The notes: generated by a model not told the origin, from the letters alone. A stretch of 24,000 nucleotides of DNA from Mycoplasma sp. (GCA_029203615.1 CP091280.1:160697-184696), one strand, 5' to 3'. Shown: positions 9,568-18,611, counted from the stretch's first letter. A program made the numbers and translations.

Positions 9568-10335
9568 ATGAAGTTAAAATTTTTATCAAAATTTTTATGT
9601 GGACTAGGTTTAGTTAGTACTTTAGTTCCTTTAGGTATTAATACTAGTAATCATGTTTTATTAAGTAGTGATGCTAAAAATGAGGAAGAGGTGTTGGCGA
9701 ATCTTAAATTTGAAGATTTATCAAGAGAAGGGTTCTGCGCAGTTGTTGGTTGTACTAATAAAGATACTGCAACAAAAATTATTATTCCATGAAAAAACAC
9801 AGAAAACAAGATTGTTTTTCAACTTGCACGTGACGCTTTTAATGGTTGTCCTCTAGTTAAAACAGTTGAATTTGAACAAGGATCAAATCTTGCCATTTAT
9901 ACTAATTGCTTTGCAAATTGTCCTAATTTAAAAACAATTATTGCGCATGATTGTATTCGTTATATCAATCCTAAAGGTATTACGAACTGTCCTAATCTAA
10001 CTAGAATTTATATGTCTTACTCAAATTCATATTTTGAATTACATGATGGATATTATCCAGACACCAGCAATTACATGTTTTATGAATCTAACAATATAAC
10101 AATTTACTATAAAACATGAGATTGAGATAATGAAAATGTTTTATTAAATAATTATGTTGAAAGATTTCAAAAAAAAGCAGGCTGTGAATTTGTACGTTTT
10201 AAAAAAGATGCTCCAATTGAAAAAGACAATTTAGGTCCTGTCTTAGGTGGTGTGTTTGGTGGAATTGCTACTGGTTGACTAACAGCCGGTGGAATTGTTT
10301 TCTATAAAAGAAAAAACAACAAGAAGAATAAATAA
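9568..10335 (+). CDS. Small surface protein (255 aa): signal peptide, Cys-containing BspA-like LRR region, C-terminal TM anchor; paralog of 5914..9411 at both termini
   Basis: Frame 1 runs from ATG 9568 to TAA 10333-10335 with 4 in-frame TGA and no TAA/TAG. N-terminus MKLKFLSKFLCGLGLVSTLVPLGINTSNH (compare [11 protein letters not shown] in the large protein). Repeats of the type AFNGCPLVKTVEF / CFANCPNLKTII / ITNCPNLTRIYM. C-terminus NLGPVLGGVFGGIATGWLTAGGIVFYKRKNNKKNK. Confidence 0.85.
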
Positions 10336-10366
10336 AAAAAAAGGCACCATGTGATTGGTGCTTTTT
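10334..10366. terminator. Bidirectional rho-independent terminator between convergent genes
   Basis: A9 (10334-10342), then G-GCACCA (10343-10349), loop tgtgat, TGGTGC (10356-10361), then TTTTT (10362-10366). It serves the + strand LRR gene and, via the A tract, the - strand ftsZ. The ftsZ stop (10365-10367) overlaps the T tract. Confidence 0.75.
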
Positions 10367-11747
10367 AATTTTCAACTTTTGGTTTTTTAAATCCTGGTTT
10401 AATTGCTTTAGTTAATAAATCAGTATAAGATTGTGAATCTAGTTTAACGGTATGATGAACAGTATCGCTTTTATTTTCTTCTTCTAATGACTCTTCGTTT
10501 AAATAACTACTAGTTTTTAAACCACTAAAGATTTGTTTATCCTTATTAACTTCTTTTTGTTCTTGGTGGTTATGATTAATAAATTTGTTTAATTCATCAT
10601 TATTTACAAAAACACGTTGACGGGCTTTTTGATAATCATTAAATTCTTCTTCGTTATAACCATTTAATACTTGATCATCAGCAATATTAGATGCGACTAA
10701 GATATCAACAATGATTTGGTCATCAATAGTATTTTCATCAATCCCGTTAGTTAATCATAATTCATTGTTTTGGGTTAATTGATTAAAAACTGTTTTAATA
10801 TCAGTAATAATGTTTCTGGTTGTATTAATTGGTAATTTCACATTTGCTAAAACATTATTAGCATCAGTTAAAGGAACGTTACAATAACTATTTTTAATTG
10901 TTGAACTGATAATCTTAAAGAGATTATCATAGTTATAGTTTTCACTATTAATCTTAAAGCTTAAAGGCATAAAGACTTTAGCATTAGTAAAGAAATTTCT
11001 CACATCCGCAAAATCAATATTAACTTGGGTAGGATGATTAATTGTTTCACAAATCATCGAAACTAAATTACCCACTTCTTGATTTGCTCTTTTAAAAGCA
11101 CCAAATAAAGTTAATTCATCATGAGCAACTTGAATAATCTTGTCATTACTAATTGAACAATAAGAATTACTGTTAGCAACAATTTCTTTAAAGTTATTAA
11201 TACTATTTCGATAAACTTTTTGTCCTTCAGCTTGAATACTTGGTAAATTGACGATCGAAATAGTGGTAATGCCCATATTTTTTGCTAATTTAGCAATTTC
11301 TGGAGTTGCCCCACTTCCTGTTCCTTTACCTAATCCGGCAATTAGAATTAATAAATCAGTATCTTTAATAATTTCCCCAATAGTAGCTAAATCATCAATG
11401 GCTGCACTTTTTCCAACACGAGGATCACCACCACTTCCAGCTCCTCTTAATGTTTTTTTACCTAATAAAAAACAATTACAACAACCTTGTAATTTTCTTA
11501 AAGCGCCAACATCGGTATTAAAAGCATAAAGTTTGACATTATCTTGTAATTTAATGTTTTGGTTAATGTGATTAATCACATTACATCCCGCCCCACCAAT
11601 ACCAATCACTTTAATTTTGATTAAACCAAAGTTATCGTCTAAATCATCTAAATTAGAAATAAATTCACTAGTTGGTTTTTTCTCTAGTTGATTATCATTT
11701 GGTTTAATCTCTTCATGATTGATAATTTGATCTAAGACATTAGCCAT
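10365..11747 (-). CDS. ftsZ: Cell division protein FtsZ (460 aa) with long acidic C-terminal tail
   Basis: ATG at 11745-11747 is preceded by AAGGAGAA. Motifs VIGIGGAGCNVINH and GLGKGTGSGATPEIA. The track ORF ends at TGA 10755-10757. Reading it as Trp extends the frame 130 codons to TAA (10365-10367), with no in-frame TAA/TAG (checked). The tail ends in IKPGFKKPKVEN. Confidence 0.9.
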
Positions 11748-11750
11748 AAA

Positions 11751-12773
11751 TTATTCTCCTTGACCAAGTTTGGCACTAATTTGGGTACTGATAATTCCAA
11801 ACTTCATCAGTAAATTCTTTTGGATATTACGTGAAGTAATTTCTTCAGCAATAAAAGCATCAATACTACAAATGTTTTCTAAGTTAGCATTTTTACGTTC
11901 AATGATACTAGCTTTTAGACAATTAATTAATGTATTAGTGTATTCATTTTCTAAGCCAAACACATTAGTTTTAACTAAGTTAATGTTTTGTTCATTAACA
12001 CTAACGCCATGATTTTCAAAAATTACATCAAATACTGCTTGAAATTCATTTTCACAGTTACAATAAATGTTTTTATTAGCATAAGGAGTTAATTCGTTAG
12101 CTAAACTATTAAAAAACGTTTTAAATCATTTTTGGACTAATAAAATAAAGTCTTTCACTTTAATTTGTTGTAGTGATAAAAATTGGTTAGGGAAATAATT
12201 AAACAATGATAAATCTTCATCTAAAGTTTTTAAGTGTTTAAAATTAATAAAGCAGTTTTTAAAAGCTTCAAAAGCATTAGCAAATTTAAATTGGTTATTA
12301 ACTAATTGTTTAAAGTAGTTAATGCCTAATTCAGTTTTCTTGGTATTAACTAATTGATTTTGGTCGTTATATTCATTGATTACACTATAGTCATCTTTAA
12401 TATCGATTAAAATATGGTTGGTATCAACATAACTAAAGGATTTAGCCATTGATTGTAAACCGATTTTCTTAATGCCTAATAAGTTAGTTAGTTCATCAAT
12501 CTTTTGCTCAATTGCTAAATCAGTATGATCAACGATAAAGATATAACGTTTAACCATAATGCCCATTAACATATCGACTTGAACTAATTCGTTATTAAGT
12601 GTTTTGGCTAATTCGCTAACACTAAATTCTTGGTCTATTGTTAAGTTATTAGTATTAATAACTTTATGGTATAGACAGTGTTGAAGATTAGTGTTTTCGT
12701 TTTGCAACACTGCTAATATAATTTGGTTATTTTGTAATTGGATTAATCCGTAAACTGATTTTAAGTGATACAT
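11751..12773 (-). CDS. Hypothetical protein in the ftsA position of the dcw cluster (possible highly degenerate FtsA-like protein, 340 aa)
   Basis: Track ORFs 12126..12773 and 11751..11963 are in the same frame, joined through TGA 12126-12128 with no TAA/TAG between them (checked). The gene is packed 5 nt after rsmH and 3 nt before ftsZ. Weak FtsA-like patterns (YGLIQL..., ILIDIKDDYSVI) lack the canonical Gly-rich phosphate loops. Confidence 0.6.
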
Positions 12774-12778
12774 AATGT

Positions 12779-13714
12779 CTAGACCTTTCTAATGCCCCGT
12801 AGTTTAGCACTACGACTACGATGATTGTTGTTTATTTCGTTTTGACTTGGTAATATTGGTTTTTTATTTGTTAGTTGATAGTTAATTTGTTCTTTAATAG
12901 GTATTTCAATTGGCAAAGCAGAAGTAATAAAAGAATTAAAAGTTTGTTTAACAATCCGGTCTTCTAAAGAGTGATAACTAATGACACTTAATACTCCGTT
13001 TGGTTTTAAGGAATTAATCGCTTGAATTAAAAAATATTTTAAAACATTTAATTCATTATTAACTTCAATTCTTATCGCTTGAAAGATAACTCGAGCTGGA
13101 TGCTTATGCTTATTAAGTTCTTTATTTGGTAAACAACTTTTAATGATCTCAACAAGTTCTAAAGTTGTTTCAATTAATTTAGTTTGTCTAGCATTAACAA
13201 TAGCATTAGCAATTGTCTTAGCATAGTGGCATTCGCCGTATTCACTGAAGATGTCTTGTAGTTGTTTAAATGAATAGTAATTAACAACTTGAAAAGCATC
13301 TAGTTCTTGATTAGTATCCATTCGCATATCAAGCTTAGCTTCAGTATGGTAACTAAAACCACGACTAGCATTATCTAGCATTGGACTACTTACACCTAGA
13401 TCAGCAATAACTCCATCCACTTGCTTAATGTTTAATTCACTTAGTACACGCGCGTAATGCGAAAAATTAGCTTTAATAATAGTGACATTATTAGCATTAG
13501 CAAATTTTGATTTTAAAGCGTTAATAGCTACTTCATCTTGATCTAAACAAATTAGTTTCCCTTGATTAGATAATTGGTTTAAAATTAATTGGCTATGACC
13601 ACCAAAACCAGCGGTAGCATCCACATATACTCCGTCTGGTTTAATGTTTAATAAAGCAATTGATTCACTAGCTAATACACTAGTATGCAAATTATTAAAT
13701 TGGTTTTTCATCAT
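12779..13714 (-). CDS. rsmH: 16S rRNA (cytosine1402-N4)-methyltransferase RsmH/MraW
   Basis: Motifs DATAGFGGHS, DLGVSSPMLD, SYHSLEDRIVK. Stop is TAG at 12779-12781. The start is taken at the ATG ATG pair (13709-13714), giving MMKNQFNNLHTSVL; an upstream ATG at 13736-13738 is possible. Either start overlaps the mraZ 3' end. Confidence 0.9.
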   Translation of the reverse strand: MMKNQFNNLHTSVLASESIALLNIKPDGVYVDATAGFGGHSQLILNQLSNQGKLICLDQDEVAINALKSKFANANNVTIIKANFSHYARVLSELNIKQVDGVIADLGVSSPMLDNASRGFSYHTEAKLDMRMDTNQELDAFQVVNYYSFKQLQDIFSEYGECHYAKTIANAIVNARQTKLIETTLELVEIIKSCLPNKELNKHKHPARVIFQAIRIEVNNELNVLKYFLIQAINSLKPNGVLSVISYHSLEDRIVKQTFNSFITSALPIEIPIKEQINYQLTNKKPILPSQNEINNNHRSRSAKLRGIRKV

Positions 13715-14129
13715 CAATGTTTTGTGCAATATCAGCATAAATTTGATCAGTTGATTCTTTAAATGATTGATATGCTTTTTTATCCCAAATTTCTAATTTG
13801 TTACCAACTCCAATAATGACTACTTCATCTTTAATGTTGGATTCAGCTAATAAGTTTTGTGGAATTAAGATTCGATTAGCTTTATCTAACTTTAAATCAA
13901 TGGCATTCGCTAATAATTGACGCACTAAGATCCGGCTTTCACGCTTATTAGCTGAATAATTCATTAATTGGGCACTATAGTTTTCAAAAGCAGTAAATGT
14001 TCTTAGTTCTAAACAACCTTCAAAACCCTTAGACAAAACAACATCAGCCGATAGTTTACTAACAATCTTAGTTGGTAAATTTAATCGGTTTTTTGCGTCT
14101 AATTTGTGATAGAAGGTACCTAAAAACAT
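13695..14129 (-). CDS. mraZ: Transcriptional regulator MraZ (144 aa)
   Basis: MFLGTFYHKLDAKNRLNLP... is the typical MraZ N-terminus, and the protein has the duplicated SpoVT/AbrB-like halves. ATG 14127-14129 is preceded by a GGGAGAAAGTGG SD-like sequence. The track start at 14159 (MCIEVGESGN) is an upstream in-frame ATG inside the operator and is not favoured. Confidence 0.9.
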   Translation of the reverse strand: MFLGTFYHKLDAKNRLNLPTKIVSKLSADVVLSKGFEGCLELRTFTAFENYSAQLMNYSANKRESRILVRQLLANAIDLKLDKANRILIPQNLLAESNIKDEVVIIGVGNKLEIWDKKAYQSFKESTDQIYADIAQNIDDEKPI

Positions 14130-14133
14130 ATTA

Positions 14134-14160
14134 CCACTTTCTCCCACTTCGATACACATT
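14134..14160 (-). promoter_or_regulatory. MraZ operator: three direct heptamer repeats with 10-nt phasing
   Basis: The minus strand reads AATGTGT-atc-GAAGTGG-gag-AAAGTGG-taat-ATG. On the plus strand these are ACACATT 14154-14160, CCACTTC 14144-14150 and CCACTTT 14134-14140. This matches the published Mollicutes MraZ box AAAGTG[T/G] with 3-nt spacers. Confidence 0.7.
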
Positions 14161-14163
14161 ATA
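14158..14163 (-). promoter_or_regulatory. -10 box TATAAT of the dcw (mraZ) promoter
   Basis: Plus-strand ATTATA at 14158-14163 is TATAAT on the minus strand. It lies 28 nt upstream of the mraZ ATG and overlaps the distal MraZ repeat. Confidence 0.5.
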
Positions 14164-14214
14164 TAAGTTTTTTTGGCTTTTTAATAAAAAAACTAAAAAT
14201 TTACCTCATAAGAT

Positions 14215-14249
14215 AAAAGAAAAAAACTTGCTAACATTTTCTAGCAAGT
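14215..14249 (-). terminator. Rho-independent terminator after the small TM-protein gene / pepA unit
   Basis: The minus strand reads ACTTGCTA-gaaaatgt-TAGCAAGT followed by a T run (6 T after the stem) then CTTTT. Stem arms on the plus strand are 14226-14233 and 14242-14249. Confidence 0.75.
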
Positions 14250-14274
14250 CTTCTTAAGCTTTAAAACTGATTAA

Positions 14275-14460
14275 TTATTTAACTAAAACAAGAACAAGAA
14301 TCGTAGTAATTACCATTACAACTGCCAAAACACTTAAAGCACTTAAAACGATAATTCGTTTAACTTTTAAGGTTTTTAATTGTTGCGGAGTTAAAGCAAT
14401 ATTTTGGTTTGTTAATGGTTTTTCTTCATTAACTGGTTTTTGTTTTTTCTTAAATAACAT
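14275..14460 (-). CDS. Small single-pass membrane protein (61 aa), hypothetical
   Basis: ATG 14458-14460 lies 9 nt after the pepA stop. The protein has a Lys-rich N-terminus (MLFKKKQKPVNEEKP) and one clean TM helix (IIVLSALSVLAVVMVITTILVLVLV). A strong terminator follows. No homology was recognised. Confidence 0.5.
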   Translation of the reverse strand: MLFKKKQKPVNEEKPLTNQNIALTPQQLKTLKVKRIIVLSALSVLAVVMVITTILVLVLVK

Positions 14461-14469
14461 ATTATTTAA

Positions 14470-15849
14470 TTATTTCTTTTTATTGCTATGAACGTTATTT
14501 ACAAAATCAATAAAAGTTCTTAGCATGGTTGGGAATGGTTTTAATACACCATTAATCATTCGTTCATTAGTAAAAGCAATATCAAAATGCATGTATGGTT
14601 TATCTTCACTAAAGAAATGTAAGAATTCAGCAGCGGCTGCACTTCCAGCTTTAGTATCCATATGGAAGTTAGCAAAATCAGCAATTAATGTTTTATTGAT
14701 CATGCCATTGGCATATTCTTGATGTAATGGCATACGTCAAATGTATTCTCCAGCTTCAGTTGCTGCTTGTTCAATATTATTAGCGCATAAATTACATGTT
14801 GATCAATATCCAGTCATCACATTACCTAAAGCAATTCCAATTGCTCCAGTTAAAGTAGCGATTGTAGCTAATGAATGAGTTTTTAAATCACGAATAGCAT
14901 AAGTCATGGCATCAGCTAATATTAATCGACCTTCTGCATCAGTATTAGTAATTTCGACTGTTTGACCGTTATATGAACGATATACATCATTCATGCGGTA
15001 AGCATCTGGACCAATGTCATTATTACTTAAAGCTAAAACAACAGCAAAGTTAGCTTTTTTGTTTAATTTACATAACGCTAGCATGATTCCAGCACTAATT
15101 GCCGCTCCAGACATGTCCATATGCATCTTGTACATGTTGCCATTAATTTTTAAATTAAGTCCACCAGTATCATAAGTAATTCCTTTACCAACTAAAGTAA
15201 AGCTTGGTTTAGTATTTTTAAAGCAAATACTCATCATCATTGGTTTAAATTCTTTGTTTGAACCTCTTCCTACTGCCGTAATTAAACCCATGCCTTTTTT
15301 AACCATTTGTTCATAATTCAATGTTTTGATATCAACCATTGTTTTATAAGGCATAAAAGCTTTATTAACACGTTTAGCAAATTCGTTTGGAGAAAGAACA
15401 TTGTTGGGTTCAAGCATTAAGCTACGCGCAAAATTAGCTCCTTCAATAATAGCCTCAATTTCTTTTTGGTTTTGTTTTCATAACTTTGCTTCTAAAATAA
15501 AGTTATGTTTTAAACTCTTACATCCTTTAGTTTTATAACATACAGGCATGAAGTTAATGACTTCATGATTAAAAAAGGCATTAATAATAAATGGTTTAAC
15601 TAGTTCTTTAGGTAATAAACTAATAAAACTATCTAAATCAATATTAGCTTCAAACTTTAAACTAGTAATTGCTTTATTCAAGTTTCAATCTAATGATTTG
15701 GGACAAAGATCTTTTTTATCAATCACAAAATAAGTGATATGACCTTCATTAAAAAAACTATAAGGTTTTTTATCTTTAGCTAACTTATCTGTTAGACTAA
15801 GTGCTTTTAAAGTAATTGGATTTTTTTGTTTTAAATTAACGTTGAACAT
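14470..15849 (-). CDS. pepA: Leucyl (cytosol) aminopeptidase, M17 family (459 aa)
   Basis: Track ORFs 14470..14733, 14803..15417 and 15478..15681 are in one frame, joined through TGA codons with no TAA/TAG in the gaps (checked). Motifs VGKGITYDTGGLNLK and NTDAEGRLILADA. The first ATG after the upstream stop (15877-15879) is 15847-15849. Confidence 0.9.
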
Positions 15850-15862
15850 AATATTTAAAAAT

Positions 15863-15868
15863 ATTATA
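15863..15868 (-). promoter_or_regulatory. -10 box TATAAT upstream of pepA
   Basis: Plus-strand ATTATA at 15863-15868 is TATAAT on the minus strand. It lies 13 nt upstream of the pepA ATG, in the 34-nt truA-pepA gap. Confidence 0.35.
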
Positions 15869-15883
15869 CGTTTAATTTATTAA

Positions 15884-16609
15884 TTAATACTTAACTTGAA
15901 ATAGATATAAACCGTTAGGAATAGCTTTAAATAAACTTGAACCTTTTTTAGGGTGGTTTAGTCAAAACGACAATTGTTTTAAGTCAATTTGATTTAAGCT
16001 ATAAGCAACTAAAGAACCAACAATAAATCGGACCATATTACGCAAAAAGCCATTACCACTAATCGTAATTTTGATTAACGCTTTTTGTTTAGTGATTTTA
16101 ATATCATAGATTGTTCGAACTTTATTGTCTAAATCACTAGAAGCAAACGAACTAAAATCATGGGTACCAATAAAGACTTTTGCTCCTTGTTTGAGTTTTG
16201 TTAAATCTAATTTATCTTTGATAAACCAAACATAATTACGTTCAAAGAGATTATCGGTTTGGTTATTAATAATGTATTGATAAGTTTTAACTTTAACATC
16301 ATGTTGAGCGTGAAAATTATCATTAACTTTTTTAACACTAATAATTTTGATTCCGTTTGATAAATGTTTATCTAAAAAAGTTTTAATTTTATTAGTATCG
16401 ACAAACTTAGCGTTAGTTTTAAAACTAACATACTGGTTTAAAGCATGAACCCCACGATCAGTTCTTCCTGAACCAATTATTTTTACTTTTTCATTTAGCA
16501 ATTTACTTAAACAAGATTCTAGTTCTTGTTGAATGGTACAAACATTATTTTGTTTACCAAATCCAAAATAACGACTTCCATCATAACTTAATCTCATTAA
16601 GTAATTCAT
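15884..16609 (-). CDS. truA: tRNA pseudouridine(38-40) synthase TruA
   Basis: Motifs MNYLMRLSYDGSRYFGF and GSGRTDRGVHA. The frame continues past TGA 15962-15964 for 25 more codons to TAA 15884-15886. ATG 16607-16609 is preferred over the TTG at 16643-16645 used in the track. Confidence 0.85.
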
Positions 16610-16637
16610 ATTAATAGTTCGTAGTAATAACTTCAAT

Positions 16638-17675
16638 TCATCCAAAAGGACCCATAATCATTTTGTAATTAACATAAATGATTAAAAATCCAAAGACTAA
16701 ACCAGTTAAACCTAAAGCTAAAAAGTCACGATAAGAAACCGAATAATTGCGATAACTTGTTCTTATTGCTCTAGGTGAATAATTTCTCGCTTCCATCGCA
16801 TTCGATAAATCATCAGCTTTATGGAATGCCACACTAAACATCGGCACAATTAAAGATACTAGTGATTTAATCCGGTCTTTAAAATTACCATTTTTAAAAT
16901 CAACTCCACGCGAAGCTTGAGCTTTTAAAATGTTTTGGCTTTCAGTTAATAATGAAGGTACAAACCGAATGGCAATCGAAATAATCATCGCTCATTCATT
17001 AACCGGAATTTTAAATAACTTTAATGGTGATAATAAATCTTCAATTGCACCAGTTAATTGAATTTCACTAGTGGTTGAAACTAAAATGGTTACCACCATA
17101 ATCATTAACATAATCTTAAACGAAACGTTAAAAGTGTTAAAAACAACTAAACTAGATAGCGTATATCAAGAAGATTGATAAGCAAGATAATATGTAATTC
17201 CATCAATTGATCTAGTGATATATTTATTAAATAAATCAGTTGGTAATGGTTTATTTAATTTTAATCCATATGGGTCAATAACTCCCCCCCATAAATCACC
17301 AAAGATATAGGTATAGTGGTGTTGACCAACATCAATTTCTTTCAAGTTAAAAATATTGCGGTTAAAATAACCAATAAAACTATATCTGTCAATATCTATT
17401 ACTAAGGCTGGGGATTTATAAACTAGTCAATTAATGACAAACAATAATACCAGCATAATTGCCCAAGCAATGAGAATTGATTTAAATAATTTTCACCCTA
17501 ATTTAGCAACTAACCAAATAATACTTAAAGCGACAAATAAGAATAATTGACCAAAAAAACCTAATGGTAAGAAAATTACCACAATTAAAAAGATCGTTGT
17601 TACCAATTTCACTAATGGATTTAATTGGTGTCAAAATGATTTACGATTAACATATTTATCAAATGTGTTTTTCAT
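16638..17675 (-). CDS. ecfT: ECF transporter transmembrane (T) component EcfT (345 aa)
   Basis: ATG 17673-17675 is preceded by AAGGAG. All codons from 16986 to 17675 were checked: many TGA, no TAA/TAG. The C-terminal part carries the EcfT motif region (ILKAQASRGVDF), and the N-terminal part has multiple TM segments. Confidence 0.85.
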
Positions 17676-17678
17676 AAG

Positions 17679-18611
17679 CTAAATCATCTCCTTAATCGCA
17701 TTAGCTAGTTCTTCAATGTTTCTTGGTTTAGCGTCATATAGTTTTTTAAACTTTTCGTTTTTTTCAACTAGTTTATCAATCGTTTGAATCACTTTTGGTT
17801 TAATTAAACTAGTTTTACTCATGATGTTTTCGTTAGTAAATATGTTATAAGGTGTATCATAACCTAAAACAGCGTTTTCACCTAAAACAATGACTTGATC
17901 AGCTAATCTTAAAACTGCATCCATTTCATGGGTAATGACAAAAACAGTTTTATTTTGTGTTTTTAATTCCTTAATGATTGCTAGCATTTCTTCAATTCCA
18001 ACTGGGTCTAATCCTGCGGTTGGTTCATCAAAAACAACAATATTAGGTTCAATTGCTAAAATTCCCGCAATGGCTACTCTTCTTTTTTGTCCACCTGATA
18101 AGTTAAATGGAGAACGTGAAAATAACTCTTCACTAATCCCTAATTTCTTTAGATATTTTTTACCTAATTCTTGGGCAATAAGTTTTTTAACTCCTAAATT
18201 AATTGGCCCAAACATCACGTCTTTTAAAACGGTGTCTTTAAATAATTGGTATTCCGGGAATTGGAAAACCATACCCACTGATTTACGTAATTTTTTAAAT
18301 TGAGGAATTGTTCTTTTTTGCCCAATAATCTTGGAATTTTCAACAAAGATATTCCCGTATTTAGAGCGAATTAAACCATTAAAATGGTTAATTAAAGTCG
18401 TTTTTCCACTACCAGAATCACCAACAATAAAATAAATTTGGTTTTTAGGAAATTCAATACTTAAGGGGTTTAAAACTAGAACTTCTTCATCGCTATTTTC
18501 ATTGAAAATAATTTTTAATTGATCAATCTTAATGGCTAAATTATCAGCTAATTGGAATGACTTAGCTTGTTTTTTATCCATTGGTAATTGATTACTACTA
18601 GTTATTTGCAT
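17679..18611 (-). CDS. ecfA2: ECF transporter ATPase component EcfA2
   Basis: Walker A GDSGSGKTT, signature LSGGQKRRVAIAG, Walker B VVFDEPTAGLD. It overlaps the ecfA1 3' end by 10 nt. Stop is TAG at 17679-17681. Confidence 0.9.
   Translation of the reverse strand: MQITSSNQLPMDKKQAKSFQLADNLAIKIDQLKIIFNENSDEEVLVLNPLSIEFPKNQIYFIVGDSGSGKTTLINHFNGLIRSKYGNIFVENSKIIGQKRTIPQFKKLRKSVGMVFQFPEYQLFKDTVLKDVMFGPINLGVKKLIAQELGKKYLKKLGISEELFSRSPFNLSGGQKRRVAIAGILAIEPNIVVFDEPTAGLDPVGIEEMLAIIKELKTQNKTVFVITHEMDAVLRLADQVIVLGENAVLGYDTPYNIFTNENIMSKTSLIKPKVIQTIDKLVEKNEKFKKLYDAKPRNIEELANAIKEMI

Noticed and set aside
9435-9617. Track ORF MDSHLLPP...FFFFFFWLDTMKLY reading through the poly(T) tract.
   Set aside because: It is an artefact of translating the intergenic homopolymer. 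It is out of frame with the downstream gene, and it has no SD or plausible promoter.
9568-9660. Calling the small LRR protein a lipoprotein because of Cys-11 (SKFLCGLG).
   Set aside because: KFLC does not fit the lipobox [LVI][ASTVI][GAS]C, and the Cys sits too early, inside the h-region of the signal peptide. The large paralog has no Cys at the equivalent position.
5813-10364. Calling the LRR gene pair a mobile element or horizontally acquired island.
   Set aside because: There is no integrase or transposase, no flanking direct or inverted repeats, and no tRNA target. Codon style, including heavy TGA-Trp use, looks native by eye. Only an accessory surface-protein locus can be supported.
14130-14159. 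The longer mraZ start (MCIEVGESGNMFLG) given in the track. The same issue applies to the TTG/ATG-extended starts for truA (16645), udk (22712) and rsmH (13738).
   Set aside because: The extensions run through the operator or SD, or into the upstream gene, and precede canonical family N-termini (MFLGTF..., MNYLMRLSYDG..., MVKKHKKPILICVSGG...). The internal ATGs are preferred, though the rsmH start remains ambiguous.
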